Origin: Anaerolineales bacterium
Lineage (GTDB): Bacteria; Chloroflexota; Anaerolineae; Anaerolineales; UBA11579
Length of the DNA: 56,366 nucleotides
Assembly: GCA_025450445.1 (NCBI GenBank)
Contig: JANWHN010000060.1
Location: 1 to 56,366, forward strand
Direction of reading: 5' to 3'
A program made the position numbers and the translations under genes. The notes beneath the pieces were generated by a model. That model was not told the origin of the DNA, ran no database searches, and saw only the letters and a program-made list of their open reading frames with translations. This document shows, in pieces, positions 46,887-56,366 of the stretch (positions are counted from its first letter, which is position 1; every line of letters begins with the position of its first letter).

Positions 46887-48776
46887 ATGAAGAAAGAATT
46901 TGCTTTAGCCTTTAACGAAGTCCTGGACGACAAGCAGCTCTCGCGCGACATTATTCTCGGCGCGCTCGAAGCTGCGCTTGTTTCCGCCTACCGCAAAACG
47001 GTCAACGCCTCCACCGCCCAGGAGATAAACGCCAAGATCAATGAACGCACGGGCGATGTGGAGATTTACGCCGAAAAAGAAGTCGTCGAAGATGTGCAAG
47101 ACGAACGCACCGAGGTGACCCTCGAAAGGGCGCGCCAGTTTGACGCTAACGCCAAGCTCGGCGACGTTGTCATCGTAGAAACTACCCCTGAAAACTTCGG
47201 CCGCGTGGCCGCTCAGGCCGCGCGCCAAATGATCCAACAGCGCATTCGCGAAGCCGAACGTGACGCGCAGAAGGCTCACTTCTCCACATTAGTTGGCGAG
47301 GTCGTCAACGGCGTCGTGCAAGCCTCAAACCCACACATGATCACGGTCGGCATGGATCGCAAGGCCGAAGGCAAGATGCCCCGCAGCCAGCAGATCCCAG
47401 GCGAGCGCTTCCGCGTCCACGATCGCGTGCGCGCCTTATTACTCGAGGTCAAAGACACTACCCGCGGACCCGAAATTATTTTGTCCCGCGCCCACCGCGA
47501 TTTCCTACGCCGTTTGCTAGAGGATGAAGTCCCCGAAATTTATCAAGGTCTCGTTGAGATTCGCTCCATTGCTCGCGAGCCCGGCTATCGCTCGAAGGTC
47601 GCTGTGTCTGCATTGCAGGCTGGCATCGATCCCGTGGGCGCATGCGTCGGCATCCGCGGCGTTCGTATTCAAGCCATCGTGCGTGAGTTGCACGACGAGA
47701 AGATCGACGTCATCGAATGGAACTCGGATCCATCTCAATTTATCGCCAAGGCGCTCAGCCCTGCCCGCGTCACCGGCGTCTATCTCGATGAAGAAGTTAG
47801 CGGCAGCAAGACAGCCACCGTTGTCGTCCCCGAGGATCAGCTAAGCCTGGCGATCGGCCGCGACGGGCAAAATGCCCGTCTAGCCGCCAAGCTAACTTCA
47901 TGGCGCATCGATATCAAGAGTCTCACCGAAGCGGCATCTGACGCGGTCCATCGCGCGCAGACCGACGCGGCTTTCCTTGAACAGAATGCAGATATAGCAG
48001 AAACATTGCCGCAGCTAGAAGCTGTTCTGGCCAAGAAAGCTGAAGGTCGCCCGGTAACGCCAGAAGAGTACACATTGCTCAGTCGCTTTGTTGATCGCAT
48101 CGAGCGCGGCGCGCAATATCGCCGTGAAGCCGAAGTCGATGCCGAGCGCGAGAAGCGTGCTGCTGTTGAAACTACACTGCCCAAGGCCGCCTTCGATATC
48201 CCGTTGGACGATCTCGGTTTGTCGCCCAGCCTCAGCATCAAGATCAGCGGCGAAGGCTTCTCGACCATCGGCGATCTGATGCTGCAACTCAAGCTGGATC
48301 CGGATCGCATTTTGTCGATCAACGGCGTCGGCCCCAAAGCCGTCGAAGATATTCAAGCTGCAATTGACAACTTCAAGTTCCCTGAAGTTCAAGCCGAACC
48401 CGAGCCGGTCGTCGTTCCCGAACCCGAACCGGTTGCCAAGGTGGTTACGCCCGAGCCCGAAGTGGTGAAACCAGCAGAGAAGACTGTCGAGGAGCCGATC
48501 AAGCTTTCTGAAGAGGACGAAAAACTTCTAGCTGAAATGCAAGCGGGTCCTGTACAAAAAGCCCCGACCCCAACCAAATCGGTGGAAGAAATTTTCGCCC
48601 AGACCGAAAAGAAATTGCTGGGTCGCAAACGCCGCTTCCCGACTTCTACCCCTCGACCCGTGGAGCCCACGGCTGAAGAAAAGAAAAAGAAGAAAAAGAA
48701 ACCGCGTGAGTTTGACTACGATCCGGATACGGACACGACTGTGATCAAGCGTCGAGAGGACTGGGAAGAAGAATAG
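46887..48776 (+). CDS. nusA: Transcription termination factor NusA with long C-terminal extension
   Basis: FGRVAAQ, EDEVPEI, AREPG.RSK, DPVGACVG.RG, LSLAIG.DGQNARLA. Confidence 0.96.
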   Translation: MKKEFALAFNEVLDDKQLSRDIILGALEAALVSAYRKTVNASTAQEINAKINERTGDVEIYAEKEVVEDVQDERTEVTLERARQFDANAKLGDVVIVETTPENFGRVAAQAARQMIQQRIREAERDAQKAHFSTLVGEVVNGVVQASNPHMITVGMDRKAEGKMPRSQQIPGERFRVHDRVRALLLEVKDTTRGPEIILSRAHRDFLRRLLEDEVPEIYQGLVEIRSIAREPGYRSKVAVSALQAGIDPVGACVGIRGVRIQAIVRELHDEKIDVIEWNSDPSQFIAKALSPARVTGVYLDEEVSGSKTATVVVPEDQLSLAIGRDGQNARLAAKLTSWRIDIKSLTEAASDAVHRAQTDAAFLEQNADIAETLPQLEAVLAKKAEGRPVTPEEYTLLSRFVDRIERGAQYRREAEVDAEREKRAAVETTLPKAAFDIPLDDLGLSPSLSIKISGEGFSTIGDLMLQLKLDPDRILSINGVGPKAVEDIQAAIDNFKFPEVQAEPEPVVVPEPEPVAKVVTPEPEVVKPAEKTVEEPIKLSEEDEKLLAEMQAGPVQKAPTPTKSVEEIFAQTEKKLLGRKRRFPTSTPRPVEPTAEEKKKKKKKPREFDYDPDTDTTVIKRREDWEEE

Positions 48777-48801
48777 TGCTGTCTTCTACCCCTGATGCTT
48801 G

Positions 48802-49125
48802 ATGCCAAAACAGAAAGCTGTCCCTCCGCCCAAGCAGGCGCCTCGGCATAGGCACATCCCGCAACGCACCTGCGTGGCCTGCCGGCAGGTGCAAGCCACG
48901 AGCACTCTCGTTCGCTTAGTGCGCACTCCGGAAGGGGTGTTCCCGGATGAAAAGGGTAAACGTCCCGGGCGGGGAGCTTATCTGCACTCCCGCCCGGAGT
49001 GTTGGCAACCAGGTATCGAGAAAAATTTGCCGCATGCGCTCAATACGACGCTTACGGAGGCAGACAAGCAGCGCCTGACCGAATATTTTGCGGCCAAATC
49101 CGCAGACGATGATTCGGTAAAATAA
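48802..49125 (+). CDS. ylxR: YlxR (DUF448) RNA-binding protein
   Basis: HIPQRTCVACR, GRGAY; lies between nusA and infB. Confidence 0.9.
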   Translation: MPKQKAVPPPKQAPRHRHIPQRTCVACRQVQATSTLVRLVRTPEGVFPDEKGKRPGRGAYLHSRPECWQPGIEKNLPHALNTTLTEADKQRLTEYFAAKSADDDSVK

Positions 49126-49167
49126 CAGGCTCAGTTTAGGGGAAACAGGGGAGAAGGAGTAGTAACC

Positions 49168-50982
49168 ATGACTGAGAACGTAACTGAAAAGGAAATCAAG
49201 ACCATCGAGCTGCCAGGCAGCCTGACGGTCCGCGAGCTGGCAGATAATCTCAAAGCCAGCCCAATTCAGATCATCAAGACTCTGATGGCCAACGGCGTGA
49301 TGGCCAACATCAATCAGCAGATCGATTTCGATACGGCCGCGATCGTCGCCTCTGAGCTCGGTTTCGAAGCCACCATGTTGAAAGTTGACGAGCTCGAAGC
49401 CAAAGAGGTAGGCGAGGTTCCACTTTGGCGGCAACTGATCGCTAATGAAGATAAAAAGAATCTGACGGCTCGTCCGCCAGTCGTGACGATCCTTGGCCAT
49501 GTCGACCACGGCAAGACCACTTTGCTCGACGCAATCCGCAAGACCAGCGTCGTCAGCGAAGAGGCCGGTGGCATCACCCAGCATGTGGGTGCATACCAGG
49601 CCAGCCACAAAGATCGGCTCATCACTTTCCTCGACACCCCCGGTCACGCCGCCTTCACCTCCATGCGCTCGCGCGGCGCTCAAGGCGCAGATGTCGTGAT
49701 CCTGGTGGTTGCCGCCGATGATGGCGTAATGCCCCAAACCAAAGAAGCCCTGTCGCACGCCCGCGCCGCTCGCGTTCCGCTGGTCGTCGCTTTGAACAAG
49801 GTCGATAAGCCCAACGCCAACGTTGAGCGCGTGAAGAAACAATTGGCCGACAATGGTTTGGTCCCCGACGATTGGGATGGTGACACGATCGTTGTTCCTG
49901 TTTCCGCCAAAGCCAAGACTGGTCTAGAAGATCTGCTCGAAGCAATTTTGCTGGTCGCAGACAACGTCGAGATTCTCGCCAATCCAAAAGGCCAGGTCAT
50001 TGGCACGGTGATCGAAGCCGAACGCGATCCTTCCCGCGGTGTAGTTGCGACGTTGCTGGTCCAAAATGGCACACTGCACGTGGGCGACAACGTGGTCGTG
50101 GGCACGGCTTACGGACGCCTACGCGCCATGTTTGATTTCTCCAATAAGAAGCTCGAAGAAGCTGGACCCTCAACTCCGGTTTCTGTCCTCGGCCTCAGCG
50201 ATGTACCCGCCGCCGGCGAGTTGTTCCGCGTCGTCGAGACCGAGCGCGAGGCCCGCGCTCTGGTTGCAGAACGTACTGAAAAAGAAAAACAGGAGAAGGC
50301 CAAGGGTGGCCAGCCGCTAACCCTCGAAGGCATGTTCGACGCCTTCAAGGCTGGTCAAGTTCGCGAATTGCGCTTGATCGTCAAAGCCGACGTGCAGGGC
50401 TCGCTCGAGCCGATCGTATCCTCGCTTGAGGAAATGAGCTCGCGCGATAAATCGGGTGAGATCAGCGTGAACATCATCCATACCGGCACCGGCAATATTA
50501 GCGAAAGCGATGTCGCCCTGGCTGCGGCGTCCAAAGCCATTGTAATGGGCTTCAATGTTTCTGCTGACAGCCCCGCCCAGCGCAAAGCTGAAACCGAGCA
50601 TGTTTCCATCCGCCTCTACGACATTATCTATCGCATGACCGAAGATGTCGAAAAGGCGCTCAAGGGTATGCTGCAGCCCGAGATTAGGGAGCGCGTGATC
50701 GGCAAAGCCGAAGTCCTGCAAGTCTTCAAGATCAGCCGCTATGGCAAGATCGCCGGATGCCGCGTTGTTGAAGGCGAGCTGCGCCGGAATGCCTTTGTGC
50801 GCATTTCGCGGGATGGCAAGCAGATCTTCGAAGGCGAGTTGACCTCGCTTAAGCATGAAAAGGAAGATGTAAAAGAAGCCAAAGAAGGATTTGAGTGCGG
50901 TATCAACCTCAAGGAATTTGACGACTTCAAACAAGGTGACATCATTCAGTGCTACATTCGTGAGACGGTTGCGGCTCAATAA
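49168..50982 (+). CDS. infB: Translation initiation factor IF-2, short form
   Basis: [35 protein letters not shown]. Confidence 0.98.
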   Translation: MTENVTEKEIKTIELPGSLTVRELADNLKASPIQIIKTLMANGVMANINQQIDFDTAAIVASELGFEATMLKVDELEAKEVGEVPLWRQLIANEDKKNLTARPPVVTILGHVDHGKTTLLDAIRKTSVVSEEAGGITQHVGAYQASHKDRLITFLDTPGHAAFTSMRSRGAQGADVVILVVAADDGVMPQTKEALSHARAARVPLVVALNKVDKPNANVERVKKQLADNGLVPDDWDGDTIVVPVSAKAKTGLEDLLEAILLVADNVEILANPKGQVIGTVIEAERDPSRGVVATLLVQNGTLHVGDNVVVGTAYGRLRAMFDFSNKKLEEAGPSTPVSVLGLSDVPAAGELFRVVETEREARALVAERTEKEKQEKAKGGQPLTLEGMFDAFKAGQVRELRLIVKADVQGSLEPIVSSLEEMSSRDKSGEISVNIIHTGTGNISESDVALAAASKAIVMGFNVSADSPAQRKAETEHVSIRLYDIIYRMTEDVEKALKGMLQPEIRERVIGKAEVLQVFKISRYGKIAGCRVVEGELRRNAFVRISRDGKQIFEGELTSLKHEKEDVKEAKEGFECGINLKEFDDFKQGDIIQCYIRETVAAQ

Positions 50983-51025
50983 CGTTCGCGGAGCCAACCC
51001 GTTTTCTCTGTGCTTGGGGTAATCC

Positions 51026-51403
51026 TTGGTTTCTGAAACCCGCGCTGGCCGTATCGCCAATCGAATCCGCGAGATCCTTTCCGAACTGTTGATCTTCGAG
51101 GTGACCGATCCGCGCCTGCAAGGGATCTACATTACTGACGTCCGCGTCGACCGCGAGCTGGCTTTCGCCAGCGTCTTCGTTTCCGCTATCGAAGGCTCCG
51201 AACGCAAAGATGATGTCCTCGCCGGCCTGAAGCATGCCACGGGATTTCTACGTTCTGCACTGGCTCAAAAGATCGAGCTGCGTTCCTTTCCCAAGCTCCG
51301 CTTTAACTGGGATTCAACGCCTGAGAATGCCGAGCGGATCGAGAAAATAATTCACACCTTGCACGAAGAAGAAGAGCAGAAAAAGAGCGCCAAAAGTGGA
51401 TAA
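51026..51403 (+). CDS. rbfA: Ribosome-binding factor A
   Basis: DPRL...ITDV, A.GFLRS.L...LRSFP.L.F.WD; synteny. Confidence 0.93.
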   Translation: MVSETRAGRIANRIREILSELLIFEVTDPRLQGIYITDVRVDRELAFASVFVSAIEGSERKDDVLAGLKHATGFLRSALAQKIELRSFPKLRFNWDSTPENAERIEKIIHTLHEEEEQKKSAKSG

Positions 51404-52364
51404 AAGACTTCTCAAGCAAGCCGCCGACCGCATTGGCGGAGCTAAAACCATTCTCGTCACCTCGCATGTGCGCCCTGACGGCGATGCGGTTTCCTCGGTA
51501 CTTGCCGTCGGTCAGGCATTGCAAGATCTAGGCAAATCCGTCCAGATCGTTCTCACCGATGGCGGCACTCCCGATACCCGCCACCTGCGCGGCTCCGAGC
51601 AGATTATTCGCGTCGGCAAGCCCCCAGTTGATTTAGTGATCACGGTCGACGCTGCAGACAAGAATCGCTGCGGTGAGGCTTTGAGCGAGTTCCCTAACGT
51701 TGATATCAATATTGACCATCACATCACCAACACCCGCTTCGCGGCAATCAACCTAATCGATCCTGACGCGGTCTCCACCACCGCCATGTTGACCGAATTC
51801 TTTCCGGCGCTCGGCCTGGAATTCTCGCCGCCGGTCGTCGACGCTCTACTGACCGGCCTCCTCACCGATACGATCGGTTTGCACACATCGAGCATGAGTG
51901 CCAAGGCTCTGCGCATCGCCGCTGACCTGGTCGAAATGGGCGCCGATCTGCCCGCTCTCTACGAGCGCGCTTTGCTGCGCCGCTCATTCGAGGCTATGCG
52001 CTATTGGGGCGCCGGGCTCTCCAAGCTCCAGCGCAATGGCGAGCTCATGTGGACCTCGTTGTCCCTCGCTGACCGCAGAACTGCTGACTATCCAACCAAC
52101 GATGACGCTGAATTAATTAACAACCTTTCAATGGTGGAGGGCGCAGCCATCACGATCATCTTTGTCGAGCAAGCTGATAACCAGATCAAGATCAGTTGGC
52201 GCAGCCAGGGCGGCGATCACGATGTCTCCAAGCTCGCCGCACAATTTGGCGGCGGCGGCCATGTGCCTGCTGCGGGCGCAGTGCTCTTCGGCAGTTTGCA
52301 GGAAGTGCAAGACAAGGTGTTGCAGGCCGCGTTGGCATATTTGCAAGGAACTCCGGTTGCTTAA
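51396..52364 (+). CDS. nrnA: DHH/DHHA1 phosphoesterase, NrnA-like
   Basis: H.RPDGDA, IDHH, TDT, GGGGH..AAG. Confidence 0.88.
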   Translation: MDKRLLKQAADRIGGAKTILVTSHVRPDGDAVSSVLAVGQALQDLGKSVQIVLTDGGTPDTRHLRGSEQIIRVGKPPVDLVITVDAADKNRCGEALSEFPNVDINIDHHITNTRFAAINLIDPDAVSTTAMLTEFFPALGLEFSPPVVDALLTGLLTDTIGLHTSSMSAKALRIAADLVEMGADLPALYERALLRRSFEAMRYWGAGLSKLQRNGELMWTSLSLADRRTADYPTNDDAELINNLSMVEGAAITIIFVEQADNQIKISWRSQGGDHDVSKLAAQFGGGGHVPAAGAVLFGSLQEVQDKVLQAALAYLQGTPVA

Positions 52365-52469
52365 AAGGAATGTGGTAAAAACCAACCACGCCGTCTTAGG
52401 GACTAACAAAGGAAAATTCACCGCATGCAAAATGATTTCCGTTCAACTGATGGGGGAAGCCGAGGTGGC

Positions 52470-53366
52470 ATGGACCAGGATGCAGTCAATAATCTAGTTT
52501 CCGGCGTCTTAGTCGTCGACAAACCTGTCGGCCTGACTTCGCATGATGTCGTGCAGATCATCCGCCGCGGCACCGGCATCCGCCGCGCCGGTCACACCGG
52601 CACGCTCGACCCGCGCGCCTCCGGCGTGCTGGTCGTATTGATCGGTCCGGCCGTTCGTCTCTCCGAATTCGTTTCGGCGGAGGACAAGCGCTATCAAGCA
52701 ACTATTCGTATGGGTTCTTCGACGGACACTTATGACTCCGAGGGAATTAACACTCCCGAAGTTCCTGTGAACGTTGAACGCGAACCTTTTACCGAGTTAC
52801 TCAAGAAATTCGTCGGTGAGATCGAACAGAAGCCACCTCCATATTCGGCAGTAAAAGTTCAAGGCCAAAAGGCCTACGATATGGCTCGCCGCGGCGAAGA
52901 AGTTGACCTCGCTCCGCGTATCATCCATGTTCACAGTCTCGAATTGCTCGAATGGGCGCCGCCGGAAGTCGTCGTTGACGTTCATTGCTCATCTGGCACC
53001 TACGTCCGCTCGCTGGCCCACGACATCGGCGAGCAGTTGGGCGTCGGCGCCCACCTTGTCGGCTTGCGCCGCACTCGCAGTGGTCGCTTTACCTTGCGCG
53101 ATGCCGTTTCCCTTCGCCGTCTGCGCGAAGCCTTCGAGCAGGGTAGTTGGGCTCAGCACCTGATCCCCGCTGCTGAAGCCCTCGCTGATTGGCCAGCCGT
53201 CGAGTTGGACGAAGAGAATCTGCAAAAGATCCGCAACGGCATTCGCATCCCCGCCAAGCCCGAGGACACCGGCTTAGCCCGTGCTGTCAGCAATCAGGGC
53301 GATCTGGTCGCCATCGTCGAAGTCAATAACGGCGAGTGGAAGCCGCGCAAGGTCTTCCTTCAATAG
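52470..53366 (+). CDS. truB: tRNA pseudouridine(55) synthase (alternative start 52425)
   Basis: DKP.G.TSHD, GHTGTLDP.ASG, PP.YSA.K..G, CSSGTYVRSL. Confidence 0.95.
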   Translation: MDQDAVNNLVSGVLVVDKPVGLTSHDVVQIIRRGTGIRRAGHTGTLDPRASGVLVVLIGPAVRLSEFVSAEDKRYQATIRMGSSTDTYDSEGINTPEVPVNVEREPFTELLKKFVGEIEQKPPPYSAVKVQGQKAYDMARRGEEVDLAPRIIHVHSLELLEWAPPEVVVDVHCSSGTYVRSLAHDIGEQLGVGAHLVGLRRTRSGRFTLRDAVSLRRLREAFEQGSWAQHLIPAAEALADWPAVELDEENLQKIRNGIRIPAKPEDTGLARAVSNQGDLVAIVEVNNGEWKPRKVFLQ

Positions 53367-53388
53367 ACTCCGCTGTCGTCATGCCTTA

Positions 53389-53448
53389 GTCATTCCGAGC
53401 GAGAGCGTTTTGCGTCGCCTTTAGCGACACAGCTCGACGAGGAATTCC
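53389..53448 (+). repeat. CGTC-type palindromic repeat, copy 7 (ATTCC/GGAAT variant)
   Basis: GTCATTCCGAGCGAG...GTCGC-cttta-GCGAC...CTCGACGAGGAAT. Confidence 0.65.
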
Positions 53449-53538
53449 TGGGACGACTGTTTCAAAAAAACCGGTCTGAAACGAACCAATGGAATCTTTT
53501 ATAAGCTGGTCTTCTGAATAAACTCAATCTACGACTAT

Positions 53539-53600
53539 CGTCATTGCGAGGCGGCCGAAGGACGGAGCCTGCCCTCGAGCGAAGCGAAGGGTGGCAATCC
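53539..53600 (+). repeat. CGTC-type palindromic repeat, copy 8, with nested hairpin
   Basis: CGTCATTGCGAGG...CCCTCGAGCGAAGCGAAGGG-TGGCAATCC. Confidence 0.8.
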
Positions 53601-53671
53601 GGGTTGTTTCCCCGTTTGCGGCCCTTATAATCTTTTCTGATTAAGCTTTCACCTATAGTGAAATCTGGATA

Positions 53672-54631
53672 ATGCAACAATTTGATTCTTTGCAACAAGC
53701 CGATTTAAAAAAAACCCTTCTCACCATTGGGGTATTTGATGGCGTTCACGTTGGCCATCAAAAATTGATCAAAGACCTAACAACGAGTGCGCACGCCGCA
53801 GGCGCGCCAGCCGTTGTACTTACCTTCGACCCGCATCCAGCCGAGGTCTTGCGTGGTCCCCGCGATTCTTTTTATCTCAGCGGGCCGCGCGAGAAAGCCA
53901 ATCAGATCGAGGTGCTGGGCGCGGATGCCTTCATCGTCCAAACTTTCGATCAAAAACTGGCCAATACTTCAGCTCGTGACTTTGTCGTGCAGTTAAAAGA
54001 TCATCTCGGTTTTGAACAGTTGTGGGTCGGGCACGATTTTGCCCTCGGCCACAATCGCGAAGGCGATGTGCCAAAGCTACGCACCTTCGGCGAAGAACTG
54101 AGCTTCTCTGTCCATCTCGTCGAGCCTGTCGAAGTGGATGGCGCCGTCGTTTCCTCATCCCGTATTCGCCGTTTGGTCACTGAAGGCGACGTGCTTGCCG
54201 CCGGTCGTCTTCTCGGACGGCCCTATTCTCTCTCCGGCGAGGTGGTCAGCGGGGCCAAGCGCGGCCGTTCCATCGGCATCCCCACCGCCAACATGCAGGT
54301 CTCTCCAAAGCGCGTCGTGCCCGCCACGGGCGTCTATGTTTGCTGGGCTTATGTAGCCGGCAAACGTTGGGGCGCGGTCACTAACATTGGTTTGCGCCCC
54401 ACCTTCGACGACAAACTGCCTGCGCCAGTTGTTGAAGCCCACATTTTGGACTACGATGGGAGCGAGTTTTACGGGCAGACTCTCGGATTGGATTTTGTTT
54501 CGCGCTTGCGCCCCGAACAAAAGTTCTCGGGCGTCGAGGAACTTCTCGCTCAGATCGGGCGCGATACAGAGCAAGCGCGCGCACAGTTGAGTGTTTTGTC
54601 CGCAGGATGGACTAATGAAGAATTACCTTGA
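53672..54631 (+). CDS. ribF: Bifunctional riboflavin kinase/FAD synthetase
   Basis: [41 protein letters not shown]. Confidence 0.95.
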   Translation: MQQFDSLQQADLKKTLLTIGVFDGVHVGHQKLIKDLTTSAHAAGAPAVVLTFDPHPAEVLRGPRDSFYLSGPREKANQIEVLGADAFIVQTFDQKLANTSARDFVVQLKDHLGFEQLWVGHDFALGHNREGDVPKLRTFGEELSFSVHLVEPVEVDGAVVSSSRIRRLVTEGDVLAAGRLLGRPYSLSGEVVSGAKRGRSIGIPTANMQVSPKRVVPATGVYVCWAYVAGKRWGAVTNIGLRPTFDDKLPAPVVEAHILDYDGSEFYGQTLGLDFVSRLRPEQKFSGVEELLAQIGRDTEQARAQLSVLSAGWTNEELP

Positions 54632-55409
54632 CCTAATGCAGCACGTCCTCGACCACGGCGTCGAGAAAGAAGACCGCACAGGTACTGGCACGCGCTCCAT
54701 CTTCGGCCACCAGATGCGCTTCGACCTCGCCAAAGGGTTTCCACTTCTCACCACAAAGAAACTGCACCTCAAATCGATCATCTACGAATTGCTCTGGTTC
54801 CTGCGCGGTGAAACAAATATCGCCTATCTAAAAGACAACGGAGTTCGCATTTGGGACGAATGGGCAGATGAACGCGGCGAGCTCGGGCCTGTCTACGGCT
54901 CGCAGTGGCGCTCCTGGCCCTCTCGCGATGGGGAAGCCATCGATCAGATATCTGCTGTTGTCGATCAGATCAAACGCAATCCCGATTCCCGCCGCCTGAT
55001 TGTGAGCGCCTGGAACCCCGCCGACCTGCCGCGCATGGCGCTTCCTCCATGCCATCTACTTTTCCAGTTCTATGTCGCTGATGGCAAATTATCTTGCCAG
55101 CTTTACCAACGCTCCGCAGATATTTTTCTTGGTCTGCCCTTCAATATCGCCTCTTATTCATTATTGACTCTCATGATGGCCCAGGTCAGCGACCTTGAGC
55201 CTGGTGAATTCATCATCTCGCTCGGCGATTGCCACCTCTACTCGAATCATTTTGAGCAAACTCGCCTGCAGCTGACCCGCAAGCCGTTCCCTTCGCCGCG
55301 CATGCAGCTCAATCCAGCGGTCAAAGACATCTTCGGTTTCGATTTCGCCGACTTCAGCCTCCTCGATTACGAAGCACACCCGCACATCAAGGCTGCGGTG
55401 GCTGTGTGA
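54615..55409 (+). CDS. thyA: Thymidylate synthase
   Basis: [40 protein letters not shown]. Confidence 0.97.
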   Translation: MKNYLDLMQHVLDHGVEKEDRTGTGTRSIFGHQMRFDLAKGFPLLTTKKLHLKSIIYELLWFLRGETNIAYLKDNGVRIWDEWADERGELGPVYGSQWRSWPSRDGEAIDQISAVVDQIKRNPDSRRLIVSAWNPADLPRMALPPCHLLFQFYVADGKLSCQLYQRSADIFLGLPFNIASYSLLTLMMAQVSDLEPGEFIISLGDCHLYSNHFEQTRLQLTRKPFPSPRMQLNPAVKDIFGFDFADFSLLDYEAHPHIKAAVAV

Positions 55410-55909
55410 TCATCTCGATTATTGCTGCCGTCGATGAACGCGGCGGCATTGGCCGTGAAAACCGGCTGCCCTGGCATCTCTCTGACGACCTCAAACATTT
55501 CCGCCGCCTAACCATGGGCCACCACGTGCTCATGGGCCGCAAGACTTACCAAAGCTCGGCTGGCAAGATGCCCGGCCGCAAGCTCATCGTCCTTTCCCGC
55601 GACCCCAAGTTTGCCGCCGAGGACGCCCATGTTGTCTCCTCCTTTGATGAAGGTGTGGAGTTTGCCCGCACGGCTGGCGAACAAGAATTGTTTGTTATCG
55701 GCGGAGCCCAGGTTTTCGCTCAAGCTTTGCCCGTCGCCCAGCGCTTTTACCTCACCCAGGTCCACGCTGATGCCAAGGCCGATGTTCATTTTCCAACATA
55801 CGATCGGGCTGAATGGAAAGAATTGGAACGTAACGAATTTTCAGCCGGTCCCAAAAATGATCACGCCTTTTCCATAATTCACTTGGAACGCGTAAACACA
55901 GCTCCTTAG
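55406..55909 (+). CDS. folA: Dihydrofolate reductase
   Basis: IG..N.LPWHL.DD..HF, MGRKT, IGGA. Confidence 0.95.
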   Translation: MIISIIAAVDERGGIGRENRLPWHLSDDLKHFRRLTMGHHVLMGRKTYQSSAGKMPGRKLIVLSRDPKFAAEDAHVVSSFDEGVEFARTAGEQELFVIGGAQVFAQALPVAQRFYLTQVHADAKADVHFPTYDRAEWKELERNEFSAGPKNDHAFSIIHLERVNTAP

Positions 55910-56004
55910 TCAAATTTTCCCCTGTGGTATCCTAACGGCTGTTTCCAGTTCCCGGCTGGCGCACGCATTGCTTGCCGCGTACCCAACCCAACAAAAATAA
56001 CTGA

Positions 56005-56366
56005 ATGAGTGTCACAACCGTCCCCGCCCATCGCGCGGCAGAATTTACATTGCCCGCCCGCTATCGCACCGATCGCCGCCGCGGTCCGTTGCGCTGGCTA
56101 TTTTCGCATTTCCGCACTTATTGGTGGCTAGGGCTGATCCTCGTTATCGGCGCCGCTTCCAACGGAGCCTTGGCCGCGGTTGTCCCCATCGAGATCGGCA
56201 AAGCTTTCGAAGCCATTCTCGAAAGTCCCCCACAGGTCCAATTGCTCTGGCCGATCGTGTTGGCCATCCTGATCAGTCAATTTGTCCGCAGTGTTTTGCA
56301 ATTTTTGCGCAACTACAGTGCTGAAGTGCTCGGCCAGCTCTTCGAGCGCAATATTCGTGAGGAGCT
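56005..56366 (+). CDS. ABC exporter, N-terminal transmembrane domain (partial)
   Basis: Manual translation from ATG 56005: MSVTTVP...LRWLFSHF...two TM helices...RNYSAEVLGQLFERNIREE, open to the window end; pattern of fused ABC exporter TMDs. Confidence 0.75.
   Translation, partial: MSVTTVPAHRAAEFTLPARYRTDRRRGPLRWLFSHFRTYWWLGLILVIGAASNGALAAVVPIEIGKAFEAILESPPQVQLLWPIVLAILISQFVRSVLQFLRNYSAEVLGQLFERNIREE

Noticed and set aside
48916-51060. Long minus-strand ORFs of 308 and 247 aa
   Set aside because: Antisense to infB; expected in GC-rich DNA
1007-53600. Repeats as a CRISPR array or IS ends
   Set aside because: Dispersed, without regular spacers, cas genes, transposase or evident target duplications

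Overview
A 56 kb bacterial chromosomal window, GC-rich and mostly housekeeping. Gene content (DUF3048 lipoproteins, class D sortase, nusA operon without rimP, Thr/Pro-rich lipoproteins) suggests Chloroflexota/Anaerolineae; this is an inference. In order it carries rnz (partial), ftsK, htrA, a DnaJ-class chaperone, two sensor kinases, pcrA-galE-DNPH1-like, holB, asparaginase, nth, a TPP-riboswitch operon (thiN-thiB-PNPOx-like-thiP-thiQ-DUF402), three DUF3048 proteins, acnA, a TetA(P)-like MFS pump, envelope genes, an FHA/PP2C pair, cca, nusA-ylxR-infB-rbfA-nrnA-truB-ribF-thyA-folA and a partial ABC exporter. I saw no transposase, integrase, phage gene, CRISPR array, rRNA or tRNA, and I cannot claim a clearly new system. 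Best leads: (1) eight CGTC-type palindromic repeats, all monomers on the + strand, with covarying inner stems; (2) a coupled FHA and PP2C pair that have both lost key residues, plus a pseudo-receiver and a pseudo-MBL; (3) two non-canonical enzymes in the TPP operon; (4) a hidden class II aldolase-like domain in a 497-aa hypothetical protein; (5) a candidate leader peptide before the TetA(P)-like pump; (6) a rimP leader hairpin without rimP; (7) frequent leaderless gene starts. Family calls come from motif recognition by eye, not database searches.
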